From Patescibacteria group bacterium (lineage in GTDB: Bacteria > Patescibacteriota > UBA1384 > XYA2-FULL-43-10 > 1-14-0-10-43-13), in NCBI GenBank assembly GCA_041666325.1, contig JBAYHC010000001.1, forward strand, positions 329,708 to 393,707: a stretch of 64,000 nucleotides of DNA, written 5' to 3'. Positions 55,120 to 64,000 of this stretch are shown one piece after another. Within the stretch, counting starts at the first letter, position 1. Each line of letters starts with the position of its first letter. The notes below the pieces were generated by a model. That model saw only the letters and a program-made list of their open reading frames with translations. It ran no database searches and had not been told where the DNA came from. The position numbers and the translations under genes are program-made.

Positions 55120-58100
55120 TCATTGTTTAAGAGTAAAATTCATGCCCACAAAGTGCATTATGTCGAGAGTGGTTTTTGTTTCTGGGAGAATCCCGGCCAC
55201 AATCACTCTGTTGCCAAAGAAATCATCCAAGGTGTCGCCCTCCTCCAAAAACAGATTCTCGTCTATCATCATCTTGGCCTCGCGACTGCCAATAAATACA
55301 GGCAGATAGCTCTTGTTTCCGATTATCACTGGCCCATTGTAATTGGAAATTTCGCCCTGCAGCTTTTGTGGCACACCACCAGAAAGATCATAGAAGACCT
55401 TAACACTGCCCTCGGCCAAGGCCATGTTTAGGTCGACACCCCTCTGGAGACTGCGATATGTGCTCTTGTTCGCAAAATGATAGTTGTCAAGAATTGTTCC
55501 GGTCGGCTCCAGCACGCCAGCAACCCTCATCGCAGGCACGCCAAAGAAGTTCTGGATAGTGTCGCCGGGTTTTGCAAAAAGATTTTCATCTCTCATCATT
55601 TGGGCTTCTTCGGCACCAATAATCATCTCATTATCGGCCAAAGCGAGTTTTCCCTCCTTGACCTTAACACCTTTGGCGATATTGAGATTATCAACACCAG
55701 CGAAGAGCTTCGGGCTGCCCTCATTAAACAATATTTTGTTCTCCTGATCTGCAATAAAGGCATTCGCCTCTTTTTGAGCAGAACGAGAGAGCGTGGTCTT
55801 GACCGCTCCGCTCTCGCCGGACATGTCGGAACTTATTTGGGCAAATTCAAAGAATATACCAGTAAACAGAATGACCATGACGAGTGGCGCGAACAAAGAT
55901 ATCAAATTTCTCTTGTTGGGCCGGAAGTACTTGAGGAGAAGAGAGTTTGACACAACCGAAATTGAACTTAGGGCCATAGCCAGACCGGCTAGTTCGGGCT
56001 TCAAGATTAAGCCAGCCCCAACAAAAATTCGGGCAGCAATAGGAATACCAATAACATTATAGAATAGGGCAAAGAACATGTTCTGCTTAATCTTGCTCAT
56101 TGTCTCCTTGGACAGAGCAATTGCACTAACTACATCATTAAGATCGTTCCGGATGATAACAATGCCGCCAGTCTCCATGGCCACATCAGTGCCGGAACCC
56201 ATGGCAATACCGAGATCCGCCTGTGCTAAAGCAGGGGCATCATTAATACCGTCCCCAACCATAGCGACCACTTTGCCGGAACTTTGTAGATTCTTGACTT
56301 CGGCCGCCTTGTTTTCGGGCAAGACCTCGGCCAAAACATTTGTGATTCCAACTTGCGAAGCAATTGCGTTGGCTGTTCGCTGGTTGTCGCCGGTAATCAT
56401 AAAGACGGTAATACCCATGGCTTGCAGCTTGGCGACAGCATCCTTTGATGTTTCCTTAACCGTATCGGCAACAGCAATGACACCGACAATTTTCTCTTTT
56501 GTCGCCAAGATCATAGCCGTCTTGCCCTGCTCTTCCAGACGCTCAAGCTTCCTGTTAATTTTGTCGACAGGCAAATTCAATATATCAACCATCAAGCGGC
56601 GGTTACCAAAGTAATATTTTGTATGATTTAGCTCACCTTCAACCCCGTGGCCGGGGATTGCTTTGAATTTTTCAACCTCCTCGAGTTCAAGCGCCTCTTC
56701 GTCGGCATAAGTGTAAATTGCTTCGGCCAAGGGATGCTCTGATGATTTCTCGAGGCTGGCGGCAATTGCCAAAACCTCGTCTTCGTCGGCATCGCTCAGA
56801 GTCAAAATATCAGTCACGACCGGTTTGCCGTGTGTCAATGTTCCTGTTTTGTCAAAGACAACCGTGTTGACCTTGCAAGCTTTTTCGAGCGGCTCGCCGC
56901 CCTTAACCAAAATACCATGCTCAGCGCCTTTCCCAGTACCGACCATAATGGCGGTTGGTGTTGCTAACCCTAAGGCACATGGGCAAGCGATCACAATCAC
57001 GGCAGTAAAGGCCATGAGCGCAAAAGATAATGATGAACCCAATACAAAGTACCAGACAATAAATGTAAGGATCGCCAAACCAATAACGATAGGCACAAAA
57101 TAGGCCGAGATCCGGTCAGCAAAAGCCTGAATTGGCGCCTTGGAACCCTGGGCTTCCTCGATCAAGCGGATAATTTGGGCCAATGTTGTTTCCGCACCAA
57201 CACGCGTCGCTTCGAACTCGAATGAACCGGTTTTATTGATTGTTGCGCCAACAACACCATCACCAACGTTCTTCTCGACAGGCAAACTCTCACCTGTAAC
57301 CATAGATTCATCAACTGCCGATGAACCCTTGATGATCTTGCCATCAACCGGAATTTTCTCGCCCGGCCGAACCAGAATGATGTCGCCAGTTACCACCTCG
57401 TCAATCGGAATATCAGTAGTAACACCATTACGAATAACTCTGGCAGTTTTAGCCTGTAAGCCCATTAATTTTTTGATTGCTTCAGAAGTCTGGCCTTTAG
57501 CTCTCATCTCAAGCCATTTACCCAGAATAACAAAGGTGATCAGAAAAGCAGCCGTTTCAAAGTAGAGTTCTGGAATCTTTTCTCCGCCCACCCCAAGCAG
57601 CGTCCCGCTCTTAGTTACAAAACTAAAGAAATTGGCCAAACTGTAGAGATATGCCGTTGAAGTACCGATCGCGATCAGGCTGTCCATGTTAAAAGTCTTC
57701 ATTCGGAGACTTGACATCATCCCTTTATAAAATCCGGCTCCGGCAATAAACTGAACGGGGGTCGAGAGAATAAGTGAAACGATGCCAAAATATGGCGGCA
57801 AACTCTCCGCTCCTGGCAGCCACTTGAAGAAATCAAGCAACATAAAGTAGAGCATTGGAAAGCTTAAGATAAAACTAAACCGAAAGCGCTTCCAAAGCGA
57901 GCCGATCTCTTTCTTTCTCTTTTCGGCCTCATGCTCCGTACTGCCGGCGTCTATCTCCTCTGCTTTGTAACCGGCTTTTTTAACCGCCTTGATCAGACTT
58001 GCTCCCGTTGCAGCTCCGCTATCATATGAGATGATAGCTTTTTCAGCAGCAAAGTTGACATTGGCCGATTTAACACCAGGAACTTTCTTGATCGAGCGTT

Positions 58101-58749
58101 CGATAATGGCGGCGCAAGAAGAACAGTGCATGCCATAGAGGGACAGGGAGATGATCTTGCTAGACGCACCTCTATTGTCAGCACCGGTGGCAGGCACCGA
58201 AACGCTTTGCTGCGCTAAATCATTATCCAGCGCAGAAGCTGAAGCGCCCTCGTTCGTGTTGCCCTCAATCTTTTGACTCCCAAAGGAGTTCAGGAGTCTA
58301 GCAAGGTCAGACGGCTTGGCCATTCCCGCAGCCTCAATCTTAGCCGAAAACTTGACCTTGAGCGGCTGATCAGGAAGAACAAGTTCATCTCTGACTGTGA
58401 TGGTATCGTTATTGACTGAAACAGTGCGAGCAGTATTGGTTTTAGACAGCTCAAAATTATCGCTGTTTGTAATTTTGGCTTCATACCCACTATTTTTAAC
58501 TGCAGCAACAATTTGCTCAGGCAAGGCCTTACGTAGATCAATCTCCAATTCACCAGTGCCTTTTTCGCTTGATATTTTGATGTTTTTAGCCCCGGGCAAC
58601 TTTTCTAGCCCTGCGGCAATTATTTTTTCGCATGATCCACAGTGCATTCCGTCGATCTTGAGTTCAACTTTGGTCATAATATGCGTCCTTGCTTGTTCTG
58701 AATGTTTAATTGTCTTGTTCCCATCTGGAATATTCAGTGCAGCGATCAC
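55120..58749 (-). CDS. copA: Cu(I) P1B ATPase with two HMA domains and a C-terminal extension
   Basis: MHCGSC and [28 protein letters not shown]; alternative start 58677. Confidence 0.93.
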   Translation of the reverse strand: MIAALNIPDGNKTIKHSEQARTHIMTKVELKIDGMHCGSCEKIIAAGLEKLPGAKNIKISSEKGTGELEIDLRKALPEQIVAAVKNSGYEAKITNSDNFELSKTNTARTVSVNNDTITVRDELVLPDQPLKVKFSAKIEAAGMAKPSDLARLLNSFGSQKIEGNTNEGASASALDNDLAQQSVSVPATGADNRGASSKIISLSLYGMHCSSCAAIIERSIKKVPGVKSANVNFAAEKAIISYDSGAATGASLIKAVKKAGYKAEEIDAGSTEHEAEKRKKEIGSLWKRFRFSFILSFPMLYFMLLDFFKWLPGAESLPPYFGIVSLILSTPVQFIAGAGFYKGMMSSLRMKTFNMDSLIAIGTSTAYLYSLANFFSFVTKSGTLLGVGGEKIPELYFETAAFLITFVILGKWLEMRAKGQTSEAIKKLMGLQAKTARVIRNGVTTDIPIDEVVTGDIILVRPGEKIPVDGKIIKGSSAVDESMVTGESLPVEKNVGDGVVGATINKTGSFEFEATRVGAETTLAQIIRLIEEAQGSKAPIQAFADRISAYFVPIVIGLAILTFIVWYFVLGSSLSFALMAFTAVIVIACPCALGLATPTAIMVGTGKGAEHGILVKGGEPLEKACKVNTVVFDKTGTLTHGKPVVTDILTLSDADEDEVLAIAASLEKSSEHPLAEAIYTYADEEALELEEVEKFKAIPGHGVEGELNHTKYYFGNRRLMVDILNLPVDKINRKLERLEEQGKTAMILATKEKIVGVIAVADTVKETSKDAVAKLQAMGITVFMITGDNQRTANAIASQVGITNVLAEVLPENKAAEVKNLQSSGKVVAMVGDGINDAPALAQADLGIAMGSGTDVAMETGGIVIIRNDLNDVVSAIALSKETMSKIKQNMFFALFYNVIGIPIAARIFVGAGLILKPELAGLAMALSSISVVSNSLLLKYFRPNKRNLISLFAPLVMVILFTGIFFEFAQISSDMSGESGAVKTTLSRSAQKEANAFIADQENKILFNEGSPKLFAGVDNLNIAKGVKVKEGKLALADNEMIIGAEEAQMMRDENLFAKPGDTIQNFFGVPAMRVAGVLEPTGTILDNYHFANKSTYRSLQRGVDLNMALAEGSVKVFYDLSGGVPQKLQGEISNYNGPVIIGNKSYLPVFIGSREAKMMIDENLFLEEGDTLDDFFGNRVIVAGILPETKTTLDIMHFVGMNFTLKQ

Positions 58750-58955
58750 TCTTCGGCAAGCGGGTGATCTGTTCCCCTCAGTGCATCAGCAATTTCATAA
58801 AGATCGATTTCCCTCTCTGCCTCAACACTTACAGACCCATTGAGGTTAACCACGGCGTCAGTTACGCCGTCAATCTCACGTAATTTCATGCTGACCAATT
58901 TGGTGCAGGCCGCACACTCAAAGCTGCCCACAAGAGAGAAGTTTAACGTCGACAT
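58746..58955 (-). CDS. HMA copper chaperone (CopZ-like)
   Basis: FECAAC, 69-aa ferredoxin-like pattern. Confidence 0.8.
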   Translation of the reverse strand: MSTLNFSLVGSFECAACTKLVSMKLREIDGVTDAVVNLNGSVSVEAEREIDLYEIADALRGTDHPLAEE

Positions 58956-58974
58956 CGGTTCCTTTCGTTATTTT

Positions 58975-59015
58975 CTACCTACACCTAGGGTATAGGTAGA
59001 CATGGAGTTTGTCAA
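58975..59015 (-). promoter_or_regulatory. promoter with palindromic CsoR-type operator
   Basis: TACCTACACC-TAG-GGTATAGGTA palindrome overlapping TTGACA-17-TACCCT. Confidence 0.6.
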
Positions 59016-59043
59016 TACCTTTGAGGGTAAGAAAATGTTGTTG

Positions 59044-61005
59044 CTAGACCACTGTTAGTGTCCCACGCGGGACGCCCATTGCACAGGTGATATCGTAATT
59101 GCCCTTCTTGGTCGGAGTAAAATTAAATGTAATTGTTTTGCCCTGCTCCAAAAGTTCGGGTTCGTCCACTAAACCCGGGATCATGATAGTACTCATACAT
59201 CCCACCCCGTCAACCTCGGCCGCAACCTCGAATCGAACCGGCTGATTGGCCTTGACAGTAAATTCATTCGGATAAATATCACTGTATTGAGACAAAGTTG
59301 ACTCAGAGAAAGAGGTTTTCACGACCTGTATCTTGTCAGTGCTTGGAGCGGAATCAGACTCAGCCAAAGGTTTGGGCTGTGTACTAGAAGCAGGTTCTGT
59401 CTTGTTCTGTTGAGTCGAATTAGGCTTCGCAGCACCTGTCTCTGACTTGGATTGATCTTGCCCCGAGTCAGTTTGAACAGGCGTTTGACTTTGGGTGATA
59501 GAGGGTAGGTCTGATTTTTGTCGGGACGAATCGGTATCAGCGGGCAGAGAAGCACTCTTGTCGTCAACCACCTTGAAGCTTCCGCGGTACATGCCCATGG
59601 AACAAGAAAACTTAAAAGTGCCGGCTTCTCTTGGTGTAAACTCGATAATGTTTTCGCCGGGTTTCAGGGTCTTTCTGATCGCGAACTTAGAAAACGATAT
59701 GCTAGCGGCACAGGTTTGACTGTCCACGGAATTGATAACCCACTTAACCGGCACACCTTTATTCACAGTGAAGCTATTTGGCGAGTAACCGTCCGCATCC
59801 TGGGTCATGTTGACAACCTGGACACCATTCTCGTTCTTCGCCGTCGAATCACTACTACTACCGCCTGAACCAGCAGAACTGCCAAGAGAGGGCAACTTCC
59901 ACCCCGTTAAATTCCACCCGTTGGCGAGGTTAAAAAACGCCAGGGCAACGACCAAGAGGCCGGCGAACTTAAAGAATCTTTTAGCAAAGGCTCCCTGGAT
60001 TACAGATGTTAGACCGCCAATACCCAAGAGGCCCGGGGCCGTTCCAAGGGCAAAAACTCCCATTATCGCCGCCCCTGACCAAAAACTACCCGTGCTCATA
60101 GCATACAACTGCATGGCCTGAGTAAAACCGCACGGCAGGAAAAATGTTAAGGCTCCGGTAATCAATGAGTTGGTGTGGCTATATTCCTTTTGATGGCGCC
60201 CGCTCAGCCCGAAAAATCGACTGATGCTTGAGGGCAAGGTTAAGCCGCTGCTAGACAAGCGCGGAAATATCTCTGTCAACTGAGCACCGAGCGCAAGCAT
60301 CACCAGACCAACGGCAATGGTAAGAAAACCAAGTGTTGGGCTGGAAAGCTGAAAAGCCTTGCCGGCCAAACCGATCACCCCGCCCAAAACGAAATATGAG
60401 ATGGTGCGGCCCAAAACGAAGAAAATATGGGGGCGAAATTTTTGAGCAGGAGTCGCCTCGGGGTGCTTTTCTGAAAACCTGGCAGATATACCCAGGACCA
60501 AGCCGCCCACCAACGCCATACAAGTAGAAATTCCAGCTGTTAGACCGACCACAAGCACAACTGCCAGACTTGACGGCTTATCACCGCCGCCAACATTGAT
60601 ATTACTAAGTCCGAGCTGCCTGGCGACAAAGTAAAGCAGCAACAAAACAACAAAAGCATATGCTAAATCGCGATACTTGGCTGGATCGCGGCTTATCCAA
60701 TCCTTCGAGTCATCAACTCCAACTTCATAGCCAGCCTCTCTGACTGCTGCCCTGACCTCACTCATATCGAGCGATCCGCGAGTATATATCTCAGCCTGAC
60801 TCTTCTTGTAGCTAACGTGGACATTTTTGACGGCAGCAATCTCTTCAAGTTTCTCAGTGATCAAAATTTCGCATGACCGGCAATGCATTCCCCTGATCGG
60901 AACAGTGACCTTGCCAGCCTGACTTGAAGCATCTCTGTTGCCCAAAAAATCATCAACCATCCCTGATTTACTTGAACTGAATTTGTTTTTCTTTTTTGAT
61001 GACAT
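59044..61005 (-). CDS. HMA + DsbD_2/TauE-like membrane domain + two cupredoxin domains
   Basis: MHCRSC; STC and LPCG membrane Cys; C..CSMGM and GC..CAMG cupredoxin motifs. Confidence 0.88.
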   Translation of the reverse strand: MSSKKKNKFSSSKSGMVDDFLGNRDASSQAGKVTVPIRGMHCRSCEILITEKLEEIAAVKNVHVSYKKSQAEIYTRGSLDMSEVRAAVREAGYEVGVDDSKDWISRDPAKYRDLAYAFVVLLLLYFVARQLGLSNINVGGGDKPSSLAVVLVVGLTAGISTCMALVGGLVLGISARFSEKHPEATPAQKFRPHIFFVLGRTISYFVLGGVIGLAGKAFQLSSPTLGFLTIAVGLVMLALGAQLTEIFPRLSSSGLTLPSSISRFFGLSGRHQKEYSHTNSLITGALTFFLPCGFTQAMQLYAMSTGSFWSGAAIMGVFALGTAPGLLGIGGLTSVIQGAFAKRFFKFAGLLVVALAFFNLANGWNLTGWKLPSLGSSAGSGGSSSDSTAKNENGVQVVNMTQDADGYSPNSFTVNKGVPVKWVINSVDSQTCAASISFSKFAIRKTLKPGENIIEFTPREAGTFKFSCSMGMYRGSFKVVDDKSASLPADTDSSRQKSDLPSITQSQTPVQTDSGQDQSKSETGAAKPNSTQQNKTEPASSTQPKPLAESDSAPSTDKIQVVKTSFSESTLSQYSDIYPNEFTVKANQPVRFEVAAEVDGVGCMSTIMIPGLVDEPELLEQGKTITFNFTPTKKGNYDITCAMGVPRGTLTVV

Positions 61006-61023
61006 GATCTCCCCAATGACTAC

Positions 61024-61296
61024 TTACTTGTTTGAAAGTCTTCCGACTCTTAGTATCTCTGTGATCATTTTCTGTTTTCGCTCCTCGTTATTGGTTTTCA
61101 TGGCATTTTTGAAACAGGTATCGAGGTGCCCTTCCAATAATTGTTGGTTGGCGGATTTCAGGAGGCCCATGACCGCCATGTTCTGCTGCATAATATCGAT
61201 ACAATACTCGCCGTCTTCCAACATCTTTAATATTTTATCGATATGGCTTCTTGCCTTCTTGAGGTTGATAACAGTCTTCTCGTGTTTTTTGTCCAT
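61024..61296 (-). CDS. csoR: copper-sensing repressor CsoR
   Basis: YCIDI...GHLDTC gives the Cys-His-Cys ligand set; likely start MDKK; palindrome ACACCTACC..GGTAGAGGTGT upstream at 61318-61340. Confidence 0.85.
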   Translation of the reverse strand: MDKKHEKTVINLKKARSHIDKILKMLEDGEYCIDIMQQNMAVMGLLKSANQQLLEGHLDTCFKNAMKTNNEERKQKMITEILRVGRLSNK

Positions 61297-61460
61297 CTTC
61301 TTCCTTGTAATATTTGTACACCTACCTATGGTAGAGGTGTTTATAGATCCAATGATAACATGCGAAGAAAATTCGGTCAAATCCGTGCCTGTTTATACTA
61401 TTCGGAAAACGCCCCCCTTCTGTTACAATAGGATCCAGTGAGATTGGAAGGAATATTCAT

Positions 61461-62084
61461 ATGAAATTCGACCCGGTACCATACATCATCGGAGTTGTGG
61501 CCATAGTTATAGCTGCAATTATTATTGTATTTGCCGGAAAGAGTGACAACACCGGGTCAGCAAATACTCAGCAGATCGCCGAAAAAGAAAAGGGCGGCGA
61601 ACCAATAATTGCCACAGACGAGACAACTTTTCTTCTAACTCCGAAAGAAAAAATTAAGCAAAAGACAATCAAAGTAGCCAATAACGGCAGTGGCGCACTC
61701 GTTTTGTCAGCATTTGAGACTTCGTGTAAATGTGTTACGGGCCAGTTTAGCAAAGCATCCGAAGACGGGCCGGATTTCTTTGGGCGCAACAAAATCAACT
61801 GGTCGATTGCCCTGCCCCCAGATGAAGAGGGCCTGCTTTCGATCAGGTTTGACGAAAAAACATTCAACTGGACTCGGCCCAGCGACCAATTCGTAACATT
61901 CAAAACGAATGACCCCAACAACCCCGAAATAAAAGTTAGCTTTTTGACTGATCCAGAAAAAGTAAGGCAACAAACAGAAACGAGTGAAAGCGGAGACACG
62001 GCTGTTACCCCAAACATGCTTGAGCAGCTTAAAGAAAGCGGGGCCCTTGATCAAGAAAACGGTACTACTTGGCCCGAAGAGTAA
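61461..62084 (+). CDS. DUF1573-like Ig-fold membrane-anchored protein
   Basis: N-terminal TM, NNGSGAL...ETSCKC...TNDP. Confidence 0.75.
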   Translation: MKFDPVPYIIGVVAIVIAAIIIVFAGKSDNTGSANTQQIAEKEKGGEPIIATDETTFLLTPKEKIKQKTIKVANNGSGALVLSAFETSCKCVTGQFSKASEDGPDFFGRNKINWSIALPPDEEGLLSIRFDEKTFNWTRPSDQFVTFKTNDPNNPEIKVSFLTDPEKVRQQTETSESGDTAVTPNMLEQLKESGALDQENGTTWPEE

Positions 62085-62092
62085 ACTTAAAC

Positions 62093-62126
62093 TAAAAAAG
62101 TCGGCAGTTTCTTGCCGGCTTTTTTA
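62093..62126. terminator. bidirectional terminator
   Basis: AAAAAAGTCGGCA...TGCCGGCTTTTTT. Confidence 0.75.
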
Positions 62127-62136
62127 GTTTGGAGAA

Positions 62137-62868
62137 CTACAAGGTAACCAGAACCCCCTCGACACGCACCTTTTCCTTCCCCTGCGCAACCAGCTTCGCC
62201 TCCGCCATCAGCTCTGAGACTTCATCGGCACTACTCGTCAAGACAATAATCACGAAGGGATTATTGGCAGAGAATAAATTGTTGAACCCGTGATCACCGA
62301 GGGCAATTGAGACAGAAATTTCAAGCTCTTTTTGAGCATAGTCGGCAGATAGGTACTTGCGGCTAACGGTGAACCCTGCCGGGAGCTCGGGCAAGGCCGA
62401 GTAGTCGAATAGACCCGTACCATCGTAGTACGCAACCCGAGCAGTGTGAAGACCGCTTGGCCGGTGCATTTCGCCAATTGAAATATGCCCCTTGTACGGA
62501 ACCTTGATATTGGAGGACAAGGAGTTAACCCACTCTCGGCAATATTCATCGGCATATTCAGGATCGAGTCCTTCTTGTTTGGCGTACAGTTTCGCCGCTC
62601 CGCACTCCTCGTGAGTATAGACTCCGGTAGCACCGGCTGCCTTGAAAACCTTCTCTGCATCCTCAAGATTGAGCAAGATGCCGGAACCAGCCAGGTGAAT
62701 TCCACCGGGTGTTCCCTCATCGATACAACGGATGCTCCTGTCACTGGATTCAAAAGCCCGGACGATACCAGATACTGAATCAAAATATTTTTGCGCCCCA
62801 TTCTCGATAATCTTCTTGATCTTAGATTCCTCTACCTGCCAAAGTTCGCCGACGGCAGTGTGACTCAT
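62137..62868 (-). CDS. hypothetical protein with carbonic-anhydrase-like metal motif
   Basis: RCIDEG...LAGSG...THEECGAA; AAGGAG RBS, TATAAT upstream. Confidence 0.65.
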   Translation of the reverse strand: MSHTAVGELWQVEESKIKKIIENGAQKYFDSVSGIVRAFESSDRSIRCIDEGTPGGIHLAGSGILLNLEDAEKVFKAAGATGVYTHEECGAAKLYAKQEGLDPEYADEYCREWVNSLSSNIKVPYKGHISIGEMHRPSGLHTARVAYYDGTGLFDYSALPELPAGFTVSRKYLSADYAQKELEISVSIALGDHGFNNLFSANNPFVIIVLTSSADEVSELMAEAKLVAQGKEKVRVEGVLVTL

Positions 62869-63085
62869 CGCTGCTCCTTCTATTAACTTGTACTGGAAGT
62901 ATTATAGCCAATTAAGGACCTCAAAGCCAGTAAAAAGAAAAGCCCGGGCAAAAGCCACGGACTAGACGGATAACCAATCCCATACCATATTTATGCGTTT
63001 ATATCAAACCGCTTACCTGACGAACTATGACCGCTAAGCAAATCGTTGCCAGATGTGATAGAATTATCAGCTTTTAATCAAAGGA

Positions 63086-63757
63086 GTGAAGATGATAAAA
63101 CTTTTTGATTTGTTCACAGATAACAGGGCTGGGGCAAATAAGGACATCGAAGCAATAAAGATAACAATACGAGCCTATGATCAGAATGAAGCAGAATATA
63201 GCGATTACCATCTCGACAGAATCCTTGGAATCAAGAGTAACACGATAGAATCAAAAATTCGCCAAAGGTCTTTGAGTCAAAAATACGGATTCGAACAATT
63301 TACATATCAGGGCACTCCGTATGGCTACATCCGTGAGCTCCTCCAGGTTACAAAGCCTGGAAGCGATGACATTTTTTACGATCTTGGATCTGGATATGGC
63401 CGGCTTCCCTTATATGGCGCAATCACCACGGAGGCAAAATATATTGGGGTTGAAATTGTCGCCGAACGAATAAGGATGTGCCAGCAAATCAAAAGCAGGT
63501 TCAAACTCAGTAACGTTGAATTTATCCAGGACAACGTGCTGAATGTCGATTATGCTGACGGAACCATCTTCTTCCTCTTCAATCCATTCGCCGAGCCAAC
63601 ACTAGAGCGAGTTGGCAGAGAGTTAGAACAGATTGCCAAAAGAAAAAAGATCACCATTGCCACATGGGGAGGCAACTCAGACGACTATTTCTGGCAACAA
63701 TCATGGCTTGAGTCAGCTTACAAAGGAAAGAGAATTATCATCTTTAAATCACTCTAG
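63086..63757 (+). CDS. class I SAM methyltransferase, DOT1-like
   Basis: YQGTPY, FYDLGSGYGR, GVEI, FLFNPF. Confidence 0.8.
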   Translation: MKMIKLFDLFTDNRAGANKDIEAIKITIRAYDQNEAEYSDYHLDRILGIKSNTIESKIRQRSLSQKYGFEQFTYQGTPYGYIRELLQVTKPGSDDIFYDLGSGYGRLPLYGAITTEAKYIGVEIVAERIRMCQQIKSRFKLSNVEFIQDNVLNVDYADGTIFFLFNPFAEPTLERVGRELEQIAKRKKITIATWGGNSDDYFWQQSWLESAYKGKRIIIFKSL

Positions 63758-64000
63758 ATATTAGTGGCCTGCGATAGACAGTACCCGCCACTATTTATCT
63801 AACGGCCTTGTAACGCTTTGTATCATAATCACATTTCCTTAAATCTTGTTATAATAGAGATGGTGGAAAAAGATGAAGTCAAATCCTGCAACAAACACGA
63901 TGAAGCATAAGATAGCCTGGCTATTACTTGGCCACTTCATGTTAACCCACTCGGTCGCACTAAGGTGCGACTTTTTGTTTAATAATTTCCGTTAAAACTA

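Noticed and set aside
62940-62970. c-di-GMP-I riboswitch-like GCAAAAGCCACGG
   Set aside because: The preceding GAAA-capped stem is missing; better explained as a minus-strand terminator

Overview
This is bacterial DNA in standard code 11. The gene mix points to a Patescibacteria (CPR) genome, which is an inference: a giant surface protein, several type IV pilin-like genes, a membrane-anchored Clp ATPase and no biosynthetic pathways. Most genes lie on the minus strand. In order, the window holds tRNA-Lys and lepA; a MacB-type ABC gene downstream of a 5188-aa modular surface protein; nfo to murJ, ftsH and tilS; all three CAT-anticodon tRNAs; a pilin/Clp ATPase/membrane-protein unit; a DNA-repair and nucleotide-sanitising run headed by a GIY-YIG nuclease; nrdDG with two NrdR boxes; a three-pilin cassette beside a secreted zincin; an ~11-kb CsoR-type copper island; a carbonic-anhydrase-like gene; and a DOT1-like methyltransferase. 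The strongest signals are: (1) two families of palindromic DNA elements that sit both between genes and in frame inside proteins (LepA, a metallophosphoesterase, an ABC ATPase), one sharing termini with the palindrome beside the GIY-YIG nuclease; (2) a structured element built from sense and antisense copies of the tRNA-fMet 3' end; (3) a membrane-tethered Clp ATPase with a degenerate first ring and no ClpP loop, co-oriented with a pilin; (4) the giant protein/MacB operon with a repeated C-terminal amphipathic motif; (5) unusual copper ATPases. All calls are by eye, without database searches.
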